Below are positions 46,724 to 56,487 of a stretch of DNA of 64,000 nucleotides, piece after piece. Source of the stretch: Vicinamibacteria bacterium (GTDB lineage: Bacteria > Acidobacteriota > Vicinamibacteria > Fen-336 > JAGNNV01); the NCBI GenBank assembly GCA_019694155.1, contig JAIBCN010000230.1, positions 3,536-67,535 of the forward strand, read 5' to 3'. Both the position numbers and the translations under genes were made by a program. The notes under the pieces were generated by a model. It saw only the letters and a program-made list of their open reading frames with translations. It was not told the origin of the DNA and did no database searches. Position 1 is the stretch's first letter. Every line of letters starts with the position of its first letter.

Positions 46724-47961
46724 TACACGATCGGGGTCACCCGGAACCCCCATTCGAGAAGGCCCTGCGTGTGCAGGGCCATCATCCCGAGCGCGAACGC
46801 GATCTGCAGGCCGCCGTCGAACCCGGGCGTCCGAAGGCCCGTCCAGGCGGGTATGGCGAGAAACCGCCCGAGGACGAGCAGGAAAACGGCGAGCGCCGAC
46901 CAGCCCATTTCCGCCGCGGTGAGGAGATAGATGTGATGGGCCACCCCGCCCTGCTCCTCGCTCTTCATGACCACGAGATGGGCGTGATAGCTCTCGTTCT
47001 CGGTGAGGGCCCGCGAGAAGTTGTTGAGACCCACGCCGAGTGCGTGATCCCGCGCCATGTCCAGGGCCGCGGCGTTGAATTCCTTGCGCGCCTCCTCGCT
47101 GCTTTCCGGCGCCTCCTGGAAACGGCGGATGATGGTGTCCGCGGCCATGGCGCCTCCGATCGCGAGGATCACGAGAACCGCCCACGAGACCCGGGTGACG
47201 CGCCGCGAAGGAGCCTTCCACCTTGCCACGATCAGGGTGGCCGCGACGAGGCCTCCCGCGAGGATGGTGCCCGCTCGCGACTGCGTGGTCACGACGGAGA
47301 AGACCAGGCCCAATGCGGCGGCGAGGGTCATGCGGGCCTCGCGGCGGGCGAGCATCCGATCGCTCACCGCGCAAAACAGGAGCAGGGGAATCGCCAGGTT
47401 GGCATAGAGGGGAACCCCGTTTGAATGGTCGAAGGTGCCGTGGATGCGGTACAGGCCTTCGATGTACTTCTGCTTGACCGCGAAGAGCGTCATCCACAGG
47501 CCCGCCGCGACGAGCCCCCGGCGGATCCAGGCCAGGTCGACGCCCGAGGCCACCGCGTTGTAGACGGTCCAGTAGAGGAGGTACAAGCGCAGGCCCTTGA
47601 AGAGGGTGAACGCCGAGAGGAGCGGAGACGAGGCTCCGAACATGGAGGCCACGCCCCAGGTGAAGAGCAGGGCCATCGGGAGCGTGTTGGTGGGGATCCA
47701 GCGGAGATGCTTCGAGCTCTTGAGCACGACGGCCAGGGCAAGAGCCAGGACGAGCAGGTCGGTGAGTGTGACTTCGAAGCCTCGATCGGGCCCGCGGTAG
47801 AGCTCGGTGGAAAAGAAGTTGATGCCCGCCGCGTCTCCAAGGACGGCGGAGGCGGCGATGGCGCCGAGGAGAAGGCCGCGTTTCCGCTCCGAGCCGAACG
47901 CCAGCATCGCGAGGACAGGGACCAGAACGACGAGGGCGAACGCGAACGCGATGTACTTCAA
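46627..47961 (-). CDS. O-antigen ligase / Wzy-family polysaccharide polymerase
   Basis: 10-12 TM helices with the Wzy_C-like stretch VVTTQSRAGTILAGGLVAA. Start uncertain: TTG at 47961 is assumed, because the ORF's first ATG (48156) overlaps the upstream gene and the next ATG would cut off the first TM helix. Confidence 0.55.
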   Translation of the reverse strand: MKYIAFAFALVVLVPVLAMLAFGSERKRGLLLGAIAASAVLGDAAGINFFSTELYRGPDRGFEVTLTDLLVLALALAVVLKSSKHLRWIPTNTLPMALLFTWGVASMFGASSPLLSAFTLFKGLRLYLLYWTVYNAVASGVDLAWIRRGLVAAGLWMTLFAVKQKYIEGLYRIHGTFDHSNGVPLYANLAIPLLLFCAVSDRMLARREARMTLAAALGLVFSVVTTQSRAGTILAGGLVAATLIVARWKAPSRRVTRVSWAVLVILAIGGAMAADTIIRRFQEAPESSEEARKEFNAAALDMARDHALGVGLNNFSRALTENESYHAHLVVMKSEEQGGVAHHIYLLTAAEMGWSALAVFLLVLGRFLAIPAWTGLRTPGFDGGLQIAFALGMMALHTQGLLEWGFRVTPIVYQFLILAAAAMAHAASCAGKARAARRLAASTK

Positions 47962-47974
47962 AACGTCCGTATTC

Positions 47975-49039
47975 TCACTGAACCAGACGCCGGATGCCGG
48001 GAACGCGCGAAAGCACCCACGCGAGCGCGAGAGAGATGCAGGCGATGAGGCCGAAGCTCGCGAACTCGAGCCCGGCCTGATGGGGCGGACGCGGCCCCAG
48101 CCGCCGCACTCCGTCGAGGACGAGCACGGCGACGAGGGTGTGGCACGCGTAGACACCCAGAGTCAGCCGGCCGACGATGGCGAGGCGGTGCACGATGACT
48201 CCGCGCGCCGATCGGGCCAGGGTCAGGATGAAGGGGCCGGCCAGGAAGAAGCCCACAAGCGCGTCGTGCGATACCGGAGACGCGCCGCGGCGCTCGGAGA
48301 ACCACAGCCCCTCGAACGCGGTGAGGGCGAGGGCCGAAGCAAGGCCGGCCCAGGCCAGGCGCATCCGGATTCTCGCGCCCGTGGCGCACCAGGCTCCGAT
48401 GGTGACGAGCGGGAATGCCAGCAGCGGGCCGCTGCGGGGATTGAGAGTGATCGGAAGGTCGATGAGGCCATACGACCCGGCCGCGAGGCCGATGAGCGCG
48501 ATGGCGGCGGCGGCCGCGGGGCGCCAGGCCCGCCAGGACGGACGATGATCGAAGGCCACGTAGAGAAGCAGCCCCATGACGAGCGCCGGCAGGAACCAGA
48601 GATGCTCCTCGGGCCCGCAGAGAAGAACGTCCACCGGCCGAGCTAGGAAGTCGCTCCCAAGACGTGCGAATGGTTCGAGGAATTCGGCGCCCGAACCGCG
48701 ATGAAGGGCCCGGAGTGCGCCTCGGAAGCAGAGGGCTATCAGGGACCACGCGGAGAACAGGAACAGGATGCGCCTTGACTGGGCCCGGGCCGCGGACGCG
48801 AGCGTTCCCGGTTCCCCTCGCCGGGCCAGGAGATAGCCGGAGGTGGCGAAGAAGAAGGGAACGGCCATCCGGGCCAGGAAGGACGCAAGCAGAGAGAGCA
48901 TGCCGAGCGCCGTTCCGTCGTATTCGGAGCCTCGGAATGGACCGAAATGGAGCTGGATCACCCCCAGGGCGCCGAGGGCGCGGAAGGCATCGATCCCGTC
49001 CTCGCGAGACCTCGAGCCTGGAGGAGCCTGGAGAAACAT
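47975..49039 (-). CDS. acyltransferase family 3 (polysaccharide O-acyltransferase, OafA-like)
   Basis: Start MFLQ..GIDAFRALGALGVIQLHF. Ten TM helices with acyltransferase-3 topology. Confidence 0.7.
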   Translation of the reverse strand: MFLQAPPGSRSREDGIDAFRALGALGVIQLHFGPFRGSEYDGTALGMLSLLASFLARMAVPFFFATSGYLLARRGEPGTLASAARAQSRRILFLFSAWSLIALCFRGALRALHRGSGAEFLEPFARLGSDFLARPVDVLLCGPEEHLWFLPALVMGLLLYVAFDHRPSWRAWRPAAAAAIALIGLAAGSYGLIDLPITLNPRSGPLLAFPLVTIGAWCATGARIRMRLAWAGLASALALTAFEGLWFSERRGASPVSHDALVGFFLAGPFILTLARSARGVIVHRLAIVGRLTLGVYACHTLVAVLVLDGVRRLGPRPPHQAGLEFASFGLIACISLALAWVLSRVPGIRRLVQ

Positions 49040-49296
49040 GGGCAGCCGGTGCGCGGAATGAACGTGGTTCAAGATGCTCGTCTTTAGTGCAACGCGCGTT
49101 CCAGGCTTAACGGTCCCCGGGCCCTCTCGGTTTGAACGACTTGAGTCAATTGGAGCGCCGCGCGGACGGGGCAAAGTGCCTCGCCTTGGGGCGTGGAGGG
49201 TCGGCTTCGAGCCCGCCCTTCTCCGCGCTCACCGTTGGAAATGAGGGACTTAACCCCTCCACCGGAACGGCACAGGCCTTGAAGTAGGAATCGCGC

Positions 49297-50499
49297 GTGA
49301 ACACTCTGACCTCCCGAAGCTTCCCACCCTCGTCCAGGCCCCTTCCCACCGCCGACATCAGGCGCGTGGCCTGGGTGAATGAACACGCCGCCTTCGTGGG
49401 CGGAGCCGAGCAGTACGTCTTCGAAGCCGCCTCTCTCCTGGCCGCGGAAGGCGTCGAGAACACGCTGCTCTACGACCCCCTTTCGCGCTTCGACCCTGCC
49501 TTTCTCAAGCCCTTCGCCCGCGCCTATCCCCTGATCAAACCCGCCGACCAGCTGCCCGCCCTTCGCGCTGATGTCGTCTACATCCATCGGGTCGCGGGAG
49601 CGGAGCGCCTGCGGCAGATCGGCGAAGCCACGAGGCGAGCCGTCCGGTTCTTCCACGACCATCGGTCTCTCTGCCTGCGCGAGCACAAGTACACGACCCT
49701 CGGTCAGCACACCTGCGTGCGCCCGATCGGCGCCCACTGTTACACCTGCCTGGGATTCGTGGCGAAGACCGGCGGCTCGCTGACCTTCCGGACTCTCGGA
49801 CCGCTCCGGGACGAACTCGACGAGAGCCGGAAGCTCGCGGGTTCGGTCGTGGCTTCGCACTACCTGAAGAAGCACCTCGTGGCCCACGGCTTCGATCCGG
49901 CCCGCATCCACGTCGCCCCCCTGTTCTCGGCTCCGCCGCCCGCGGTTCTGGTTCCGCGCGATGAGAAGCGGATCGTGTTCGTCGGGCAGCTCGTGCGCGG
50001 CAAGGGCGTCGACGTGCTGCTCGAGGCCATGAAGATCCTGCCCGAATACACGCGGCTGACCGTCGTGGGCACAGGAAGCCAGGAACTCGAACTTCATGCG
50101 CTCGCCGACAAGCTGGGCCTCTCGACCCGCGTGCTCTTCGTCGGCGAGAAACGGGGGCTCGACCGCGATCGCCTGGTGGCCTCGGCGGCGGCGCTCGCTC
50201 TGCCGAGCCGGTCGCCCGAGACCTTCGGCCTCGCGGGTCTCGAGGCCTTCCGTCTGGCGACGCCGGTGATCGCGTCGAACGTCGGTGGGATTCCCGAATG
50301 GCTCATCGAGGGCGAGGGCGGCCATCTCGTTCCCTCAGGGAGCCCGGAGAAGCTCGCCGAGGCCTTGCGTCTCCTCGTGGACGCGCCCTCCTACGCGCGC
50401 GCCCTCGGCGAGCGCGGCCGGGACGTCTGGCGCTCGCGGTTCCAACCCCACCACCATCTCGGCCGATTGAAGGCCGCTTTCACCAAGGTGATCTCATGA
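49297..50499 (+). CDS. glycosyltransferase family 4
   Basis: GT4 motif LALPSRSPETFGLAGLEAFRLATPVIAS. Confidence 0.75.
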   Translation: MNTLTSRSFPPSSRPLPTADIRRVAWVNEHAAFVGGAEQYVFEAASLLAAEGVENTLLYDPLSRFDPAFLKPFARAYPLIKPADQLPALRADVVYIHRVAGAERLRQIGEATRRAVRFFHDHRSLCLREHKYTTLGQHTCVRPIGAHCYTCLGFVAKTGGSLTFRTLGPLRDELDESRKLAGSVVASHYLKKHLVAHGFDPARIHVAPLFSAPPPAVLVPRDEKRIVFVGQLVRGKGVDVLLEAMKILPEYTRLTVVGTGSQELELHALADKLGLSTRVLFVGEKRGLDRDRLVASAAALALPSRSPETFGLAGLEAFRLATPVIASNVGGIPEWLIEGEGGHLVPSGSPEKLAEALRLLVDAPSYARALGERGRDVWRSRFQPHHHLGRLKAAFTKVIS

Positions 50500-51722
50500 A
50501 CGAAACGACTCTGGGCCGGCTGACCCTGATCGGCGGACCGCAGGTGGAGAAGACCCTGCGCGAGCTGGTCGTGAAGGCGACGCGCGCCATCTGCGGCCTC
50601 GTGCCGAAGGAGAACCTCAAGGCTCTGGTCCTCGCCGGGGGCTATGGCCGCGGCGAAGGAGGGATCCGCGTCGGCGAGGACGGCGAACGTCCGGCCAACA
50701 ACCTCGACCTGCTCCTGTTCACGGTCGGGCTTCGGGCTTCGGCCCGCGCCCAATTGACCGCGAAGGTGAATCACGCGCTCGACACCCTGCGCCGTCGGTC
50801 GGGGATGGGCTTCGACTTCTCTGCGGTCGACGCCCGCCGGGTGGAGCGGGACCGGGTGCGCGTGCTTTGGTACGACGTGCGGCACGGGCACAAGCTGCTC
50901 GCGGGCGACCCGGAGTTCCTGCCCGGACTGAAGCGCTTCACCGCGGAGAACATCGACCGCACGGAAATGGCGGACCTCGTGATCAACCGGGGCGCCCTCC
51001 TGGTGCTGAACGACATCATCCTCGCGAACGGCCCCCTGACGCCCGTAAGGCGGGAGGCTGTCCTGACCCACACCGCCAAGGCGGTGATCGGCTACGGCGA
51101 CGCCTTCCTCTTCACGCGCGGCGCCTACCACTGGAGCTACGCCGAGCGGCGGCACACGATGGCCGATATGAAGATCCCGGCCTCCCAGGAGTTCAAGGCG
51201 CTCTACGAGACGGCGATGCGCTACCGGTTCTCAGGCGAGTCCCGGGCCGCCGATCGCCTCGTGGCCGAAGCGGAGAGCGGGAATCTCACCCGCGTCCTCG
51301 CCGCCGTTCATCTGGAAGTCGAAAGACGGCGCTTGCGCGCGCGCCACATGACCTTCGACGGTTATGTCGCCCGCTCCCTTCGTCACGAACTCGACGACTT
51401 CAAGTCCTCGCTGCGAAAGCTGGCCAAGGGAGCCCTGGTTCTCGTGAGGGGCGGCCTGGGGGTGGGCGGCGGAGCGATATCACTGCGCATGGCCCTGCAG
51501 GCGGGAGGCGAGCAGGGGGTGGTGCGCGCCCTCTTCCCCCTGATGCTCTACGGCCAGGGCGGCGCGGAAGACCTGGCGGCGGCACGCTCCCTCCTCGACG
51601 TGAAGAAGCCGAAGTCGACCGCCGGCAAGATGGCCTGGCTTCGTCTGTGGGGCCGGGTGTTCGATCCCAATCTCGTGTTCACCTTCAAGCGGCTCGGCCT
51701 GCCCGTCGAGGTCGCGGCATGA
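50496..51722 (+). CDS. GlnD/GlnE-like nucleotidyltransferase-fold protein (variant catalytic motif)
   Basis: LVLAGGYGRGEGG..NNLDLLLF resembles the GlnD NTase motif GGYGRGEL..SDIDLL, but with N-L-D in place of D-x-D. ATGA coupling to the preceding GT4. Confidence 0.4.
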   Translation: MNETTLGRLTLIGGPQVEKTLRELVVKATRAICGLVPKENLKALVLAGGYGRGEGGIRVGEDGERPANNLDLLLFTVGLRASARAQLTAKVNHALDTLRRRSGMGFDFSAVDARRVERDRVRVLWYDVRHGHKLLAGDPEFLPGLKRFTAENIDRTEMADLVINRGALLVLNDIILANGPLTPVRREAVLTHTAKAVIGYGDAFLFTRGAYHWSYAERRHTMADMKIPASQEFKALYETAMRYRFSGESRAADRLVAEAESGNLTRVLAAVHLEVERRRLRARHMTFDGYVARSLRHELDDFKSSLRKLAKGALVLVRGGLGVGGGAISLRMALQAGGEQGVVRALFPLMLYGQGGAEDLAAARSLLDVKKPKSTAGKMAWLRLWGRVFDPNLVFTFKRLGLPVEVAA

Positions 51723-52549
51723 AGATCTGTCTTACCGGCGATCTGCACCACGCGAGCCTGCGCACCGGCAACCAGGCGCACGCCGACCGTTCGGAGATCG
51801 ACATCGCCGCGGACTACACGCGCACGCTCGCCCGGGCCGGCGTGAAGGTCACGTACTTCGTGAGCGGCCGGGCCATGGAGGAGGAATGGCCGTCGCTCCA
51901 GTCCATCTGCGCGAACCCCAACGTCGAGCTGGGCGGCCACAACTACTCCTGCTTCACGCCGCCTCTCGCCCACCGGATCTACAAGAAGGTCGTGGGCTCC
52001 TACAACGGGCCCGCCTTCGTGCAGCGGCGCGACTGCCTGCGCACGATCGACGCCATCGAAAAGCGGACGGGCCGGCGGATCCGCGCCTTCCGCAACCACA
52101 TGTACATGCATGGTCCCGGCACCGAGGCGGTTCTCGCGTCCTGCGGCATCGAGGTCTGTTCGGATGGCGTGCGCGCGGCGTCGCGGGGCCCCGAGTGGCA
52201 CGAGGGGGGCCTCTTCAACCTGCCGCTCAATGTCATTCCAGACCACGAGCACCTCTATCACGCGGAGCGCACCCGCGAATGGGTCGACGCCTGGCAGCGC
52301 CGCTACCGCTTCTCCGACGACTTCGGCTCCCTCTCCTATGAGGTGGAGGAGTGGACCGATCTCGTGATCTCCCAGCTCCACGCAAACGCGGAGCGGGGCG
52401 CCCTCTCCACCATGATCATTCACCCGATCACCCTGTATCTGTGCGATCGGTTCCGCGCCTTCGAGCGCATTCTGGACGTCCTCTCCCGCGCCGAGACGCT
52501 CTTCGTCAGCGAAGCGCTCGCCGCCCTCGCCACCCGCCGCGCCGCATGA
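51719..52549 (+). CDS. putative polysaccharide deacetylase-like protein (divergent)
   Basis: 277 aa with His/Asp-rich putative metal site (LTGDLHHAS, GGHNYS). Sits in a polysaccharide operon. Family assignment is tentative. Confidence 0.35.
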   Translation: MKICLTGDLHHASLRTGNQAHADRSEIDIAADYTRTLARAGVKVTYFVSGRAMEEEWPSLQSICANPNVELGGHNYSCFTPPLAHRIYKKVVGSYNGPAFVQRRDCLRTIDAIEKRTGRRIRAFRNHMYMHGPGTEAVLASCGIEVCSDGVRAASRGPEWHEGGLFNLPLNVIPDHEHLYHAERTREWVDAWQRRYRFSDDFGSLSYEVEEWTDLVISQLHANAERGALSTMIIHPITLYLCDRFRAFERILDVLSRAETLFVSEALAALATRRAA

Positions 52550-53478
52550 ACTCCTTCAAGGACGAACAAAACCCCATGACTCATCCCTCCGTCACCGTCA
52601 TCATGCGCACCAAGGATGTGGAGGACATCGTCGGGCAGACCCTGGCCGCCCTCTACTCCCAGACCGTCACGGATTTCGACCTCCTGGTCGTCGATTCGGG
52701 CTCGAAGGACCGGACGCTCGAGATCGTCGGGCGCTATCCCGCCCGGGTGATCTCCATCCGCCCCGAGGACTACTACCCGGGCCGCGTGCTGAATCGAGCG
52801 ATCGCCGAGACGGACGGAGACATCGTGGTCTTCATGAACTCCGATGTGGTGGCCCTGCGGCCCGATACCCTCGCCCGGCTCCTCGCCGCCTTCTCCAATC
52901 CGACGACCATGGCTGCCTTCGCCCGCCAGCTGGTACGGCCGGAGGCGCACGACTGGGTGATCCGCGACTACATCGAGGCGTACCCTTCGGTGGGTGAGGC
53001 GCCCGTCTGGCAGCCCTACTCCCTGCCCCTCGCCGCCATGCGCCGCGAGGCCTGGCAGATCCAGCCCTTCTATACCGATGCCTGGGGATCCGAGGACACG
53101 GAGTGGGGCGTGCGCGCCCGCGAACGCGGATTCGAGGTCGCCTACGTGCCGGAGTCGCTCGTGATGCACTCGCACAACTACACCCTGCGCCAGCTCTACG
53201 GGCGCCGCTTCATCGAGGGCGAGGCCGACGCCTTCATCTACAGGAATCACGACTCGCGGCGCGCCCGCGTCCTTGCCGCGATCCGATCCATGGCGCACGA
53301 TGTCGCGTTCTCCCTCTCCCGCGGGCATCTGTTCCAGGCCGCTCTCGCCATTCCCCGTCGCGTCGTCTACCACTGGGCCTATTTCAAGGGCCGCGCGCTC
53401 GGCGAGAGGCGGCGTCTTCAGAACGACAACGACACGAGTCTCGGTCAGAAAGCCGTCCTTTCGCGCTATGCCGCCTGA
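52546..53478 (+). CDS. glycosyltransferase family 2
   Basis: SVTVIMRTKD..DLLVVDSGSKD..FMNSDV (DxD) layout. ATGA coupling. Confidence 0.7.
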   Translation: MNSFKDEQNPMTHPSVTVIMRTKDVEDIVGQTLAALYSQTVTDFDLLVVDSGSKDRTLEIVGRYPARVISIRPEDYYPGRVLNRAIAETDGDIVVFMNSDVVALRPDTLARLLAAFSNPTTMAAFARQLVRPEAHDWVIRDYIEAYPSVGEAPVWQPYSLPLAAMRREAWQIQPFYTDAWGSEDTEWGVRARERGFEVAYVPESLVMHSHNYTLRQLYGRRFIEGEADAFIYRNHDSRRARVLAAIRSMAHDVAFSLSRGHLFQAALAIPRRVVYHWAYFKGRALGERRRLQNDNDTSLGQKAVLSRYAA

Positions 53479-53485
53479 GGTGAAC

Positions 53486-54664
53486 ATGAAGCGAGCGTCT
53501 CTTATGTCCGGACCCGCCTTGAAGGCGATGATCCTCGCCGCCGGGCGCGGCACGCGGGCGAGGCCCTTGAGCCTCACCGCACCCAAGCCCATGATCCCGA
53601 TCCTCGGCCGGCCCGTCCTCGAGAGGCTCCTCGAGTATCTCGCGGCCGCGGGCTTTGCGGACGTGGTCATCAACACCTCCTACCGCGCTCCGGAAATCGA
53701 GGACGCGATCCGCGACGGGTCTCCCTACGGCCTCTCCGTGGGCTACTCGTTCGAGGGCCACATCGACTCCCAGGGGCGGGTGATCGACGTGCCCCTGGGC
53801 AGCGCGGGAGGCATGCGGCGGGTTCAGGATCATTCCGGCTTCTTCGACTCGACGTTCGTGGTCCTGTGCGGCGACGCGCTTATCGACGTCGACCTGCAGG
53901 ACGTCGTGGCGGAGCACCGCCGGCGCGGCGCGCTCGCGACCCTCGTCGCCAAGAGAGTGCCCATGGACGAGGTGTCGTCCTACGGCGTCGTGGTCGCGGA
54001 GTCCTCGGGCAAGGTGGTTTCCTTTCAGGAGAAGCCTCAGCCGGAGGACGCGAAGAGCAACCTTGTGAACACCGGCATCTATGTCTTCGAGCCCCGGATC
54101 TTCGATTTCATCCCGAAGGACTCGACCTACGACATCGGATCCCAGCTTTTCCCCGACCTCGTGGAAGCAGGCGAGAGCCTGTTCGTCAGCGAGCGGGAGT
54201 TCCGCTGGGTCGACCTCGGCTCCGCCAAGGACTACTGGTCGGCCACCCAGTTTCTCCTCACCGAAGGGCGGGATCTCGCAAGACCCGCGGGACGCGAGGT
54301 GCGTCCCGGCCTCTTCGTTGGCGCGAACGTCTCCGTGGACCTGAGCAAAGTGCGAATCACCGGACCCGTGATCCTCGGCTCGTCCTGTCGGGTCGCCGAC
54401 GGCGCCACCATCGTGGGCCCGTCGGTCATCGGGCAGGGCGCGGTGCTCGCGGCCGACGTGAATCTCGTCCGCTCCATCGTCTGCGACCGGACGCGCCTGT
54501 GGCTGGCCCCCATCGAGGACGCGATCTACACCCCGTCCCACCTCATCATGAGCAGCGGAGCGGTGATCCCCTCGCCGAGCCTCTCGGGCGTTCCGCTTGT
54601 GGGGGACCGCCGGGCGAGCCCGCACCAGACCGGGCAGGTGCGGGCGTTTCCCGCCTCCGCCTGA
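53486..54664 (+). CDS. sugar-1-phosphate nucleotidyltransferase (mannose-1-P guanylyl / glucose-1-P nucleotidyltransferase-like) with C-terminal hexapeptide domain
   Basis: MILAAGRGTRARPLS..PKPMIPILGRP signature followed by a C-terminal left-handed beta-helix. Confidence 0.75.
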   Translation: MKRASLMSGPALKAMILAAGRGTRARPLSLTAPKPMIPILGRPVLERLLEYLAAAGFADVVINTSYRAPEIEDAIRDGSPYGLSVGYSFEGHIDSQGRVIDVPLGSAGGMRRVQDHSGFFDSTFVVLCGDALIDVDLQDVVAEHRRRGALATLVAKRVPMDEVSSYGVVVAESSGKVVSFQEKPQPEDAKSNLVNTGIYVFEPRIFDFIPKDSTYDIGSQLFPDLVEAGESLFVSEREFRWVDLGSAKDYWSATQFLLTEGRDLARPAGREVRPGLFVGANVSVDLSKVRITGPVILGSSCRVADGATIVGPSVIGQGAVLAADVNLVRSIVCDRTRLWLAPIEDAIYTPSHLIMSSGAVIPSPSLSGVPLVGDRRASPHQTGQVRAFPASA

Positions 54665-54741
54665 GTTGCGCGCTTGGATTTCCGGGCACGAGTCGCGTGA
54701 CGTAGCCGCAGTGGCGGAGCGAGGCTAGACTGATCGCCTCC

Positions 54742-56103
54742 ATGTCCGCCATCCTGATCGTCGACGATGACGAGTCGATCTGCACGCTTCTGGAACAGGC
54801 CCTGGCGAAGCCCGGGCGAAGGGTTCAGACGACCACCGACGACGAAGAGGCCCTCGCCCTCGCCGAAGACTCCCACTTCGATGTCGTCCTGTCGGACGTC
54901 AACCTGAAGTCCCGCCGCAACGGCATCGACGTCCTGAAGGCTTTTCGCGCGCGGTCGCCCCGCACCCAGGTCATCCTCATGACCGGCTACGGCACGGTGG
55001 AGAGCGCGGTCGAGGGCGTCCGGGCGGGCGCCTTCGACTATCTGAGCAAGCCCTTCGATGTCCGGGATGTGATCGCCACGGTCGAGCGGGCCCTGACCAG
55101 CGCCTCCGAGGAAGCGCCGAAAGACGCGCCGCTGCGGGCGCCGATGCCGGTGGGGCTCGTCGGCCGGACCGCCTCGATGCTCGCCGTCTACAAGCAGATC
55201 GCCATGGCCGCGGACGCCGCCACCCCCATCCTCATTGTCGGCGAGACAGGCACGGGCAAGGAACTGGTGGCGCGGGCGATTCACTCGTTCGGGAAGGTCT
55301 CGGGCCGGCCCTTCGAGGCCTTGAACTGCGCGGTGGTCCCCGAGACCCTTCTCGCCTCCGAACTCTTCGGTCATGTGAAGGGCTCGTTCACGGGCGCGGT
55401 GGCGGACAAGAAGGGGCTCTTCGAGGTCGCGAACGGCGGCACCGTCTTTCTCGACGAGATCGGAGAGACGACCCCGGGCCTTCAGGTGAGTCTCCTGCGC
55501 GTCCTGCAGGAGGGCGAGATCCGGCCGGTGGGCGGCACCCGCACGGTCAAGGTGAATGCGCGCGTTCTCGCGGCCACCAACCGTGATCTCGATCTCGAAG
55601 TCGCGGAGAAGCGTTTCCGGCAGGACCTCTTCTATCGCCTGAGCGCTTTCGTGATCCGCGTGCCGCCGCTTCGAGAGAGGCGCGAGGACATTCCCCTGCT
55701 GGTCCTGGCCTTCCTTCGAAACGCCTGCGCGCGCGCCGGGCGCCACGTCGAATTGACTCCGGCCGCGGTCGACCTGCTCTCCTCCCACTCCTGGCCCGGG
55801 AATGTGCGCGAACTTGAGAACACCATCGAGCGCCTGGTCCTGACCACGCGGAGCGCCCGCGTGCGCGAGGAGGAGGTGGCCGAGCACTTCCGCGGCCTGG
55901 TGAGCCCCGCCGCGCGCGCCTTCGCGGACCTTCCCTCGCTCGAGGAACTGGAGCGCCGCTACCTGATTCACGTCATCGATGCCGCGAAGGGGAACCGCAC
56001 CCGCGCCGCGGAGATCCTGAAGATCGACCGGCGCACGCTCTACCGGATGGCCGCGCGCTTCGGCATCGAGCTCAACGCGGACGGCGACGAGTCGGGCGGT
56101 TAG
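54742..56103 (+). CDS. sigma-54-dependent Fis-family response regulator (NtrC-like)
   Basis: Receiver domain, AAA+ sigma54-interaction domain (GETGTGKELVARAIH, GAFTGA, ESELFGH) and C-terminal Fis-type HTH. Confidence 0.85.
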   Translation: MSAILIVDDDESICTLLEQALAKPGRRVQTTTDDEEALALAEDSHFDVVLSDVNLKSRRNGIDVLKAFRARSPRTQVILMTGYGTVESAVEGVRAGAFDYLSKPFDVRDVIATVERALTSASEEAPKDAPLRAPMPVGLVGRTASMLAVYKQIAMAADAATPILIVGETGTGKELVARAIHSFGKVSGRPFEALNCAVVPETLLASELFGHVKGSFTGAVADKKGLFEVANGGTVFLDEIGETTPGLQVSLLRVLQEGEIRPVGGTRTVKVNARVLAATNRDLDLEVAEKRFRQDLFYRLSAFVIRVPPLRERREDIPLLVLAFLRNACARAGRHVELTPAAVDLLSSHSWPGNVRELENTIERLVLTTRSARVREEEVAEHFRGLVSPAARAFADLPSLEELERRYLIHVIDAAKGNRTRAAEILKIDRRTLYRMAARFGIELNADGDESGG

Positions 56104-56118
56104 CCCTCCGATCGAGGC

Positions 56119-56487
56119 TCAGGCGAGTCCCGCAGCCGCCCTCACCTGCGCCGCCAGCTCCCTCGGGTCGAAGGGCTTGGTAATGACGCCCCGCGCTCCC
56201 GCCGCCACCAGGCGCTCGATCTCGCTGGACATCGCCTTGGCCGTGAAGAAGACAACGGGAATCGAGCGCGTGCGCTCGTCCGCCAGCAGCACGGCGAGCG
56301 CCGTGGGCCCGTCGACTTCCGGCAGCATCACATCGAGCAGGATGACATCCGGCTTTTCCGCGACCGCCGCTTCGACGAGGGTGCGGGCCTCGGCCCGCTC
56401 CACCACCTCGAACTTCCCGACGAGTCTCAGGGCCATGGCGGAGAGGGTCCGGGCGTCCTCTTCGTCGTCGACCAGCAGGATTTTCAT
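56119..56487 (-). CDS. single-domain response regulator (CheY-like receiver)
   Basis: MKILLVDDEED..ILLDVMLPEVDG..TKPF. ATGA overlap with the upstream histidine-kinase stop. Confidence 0.75.
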   Translation of the reverse strand: MKILLVDDEEDARTLSAMALRLVGKFEVVERAEARTLVEAAVAEKPDVILLDVMLPEVDGPTALAVLLADERTRSIPVVFFTAKAMSSEIERLVAAGARGVITKPFDPRELAAQVRAAAGLA

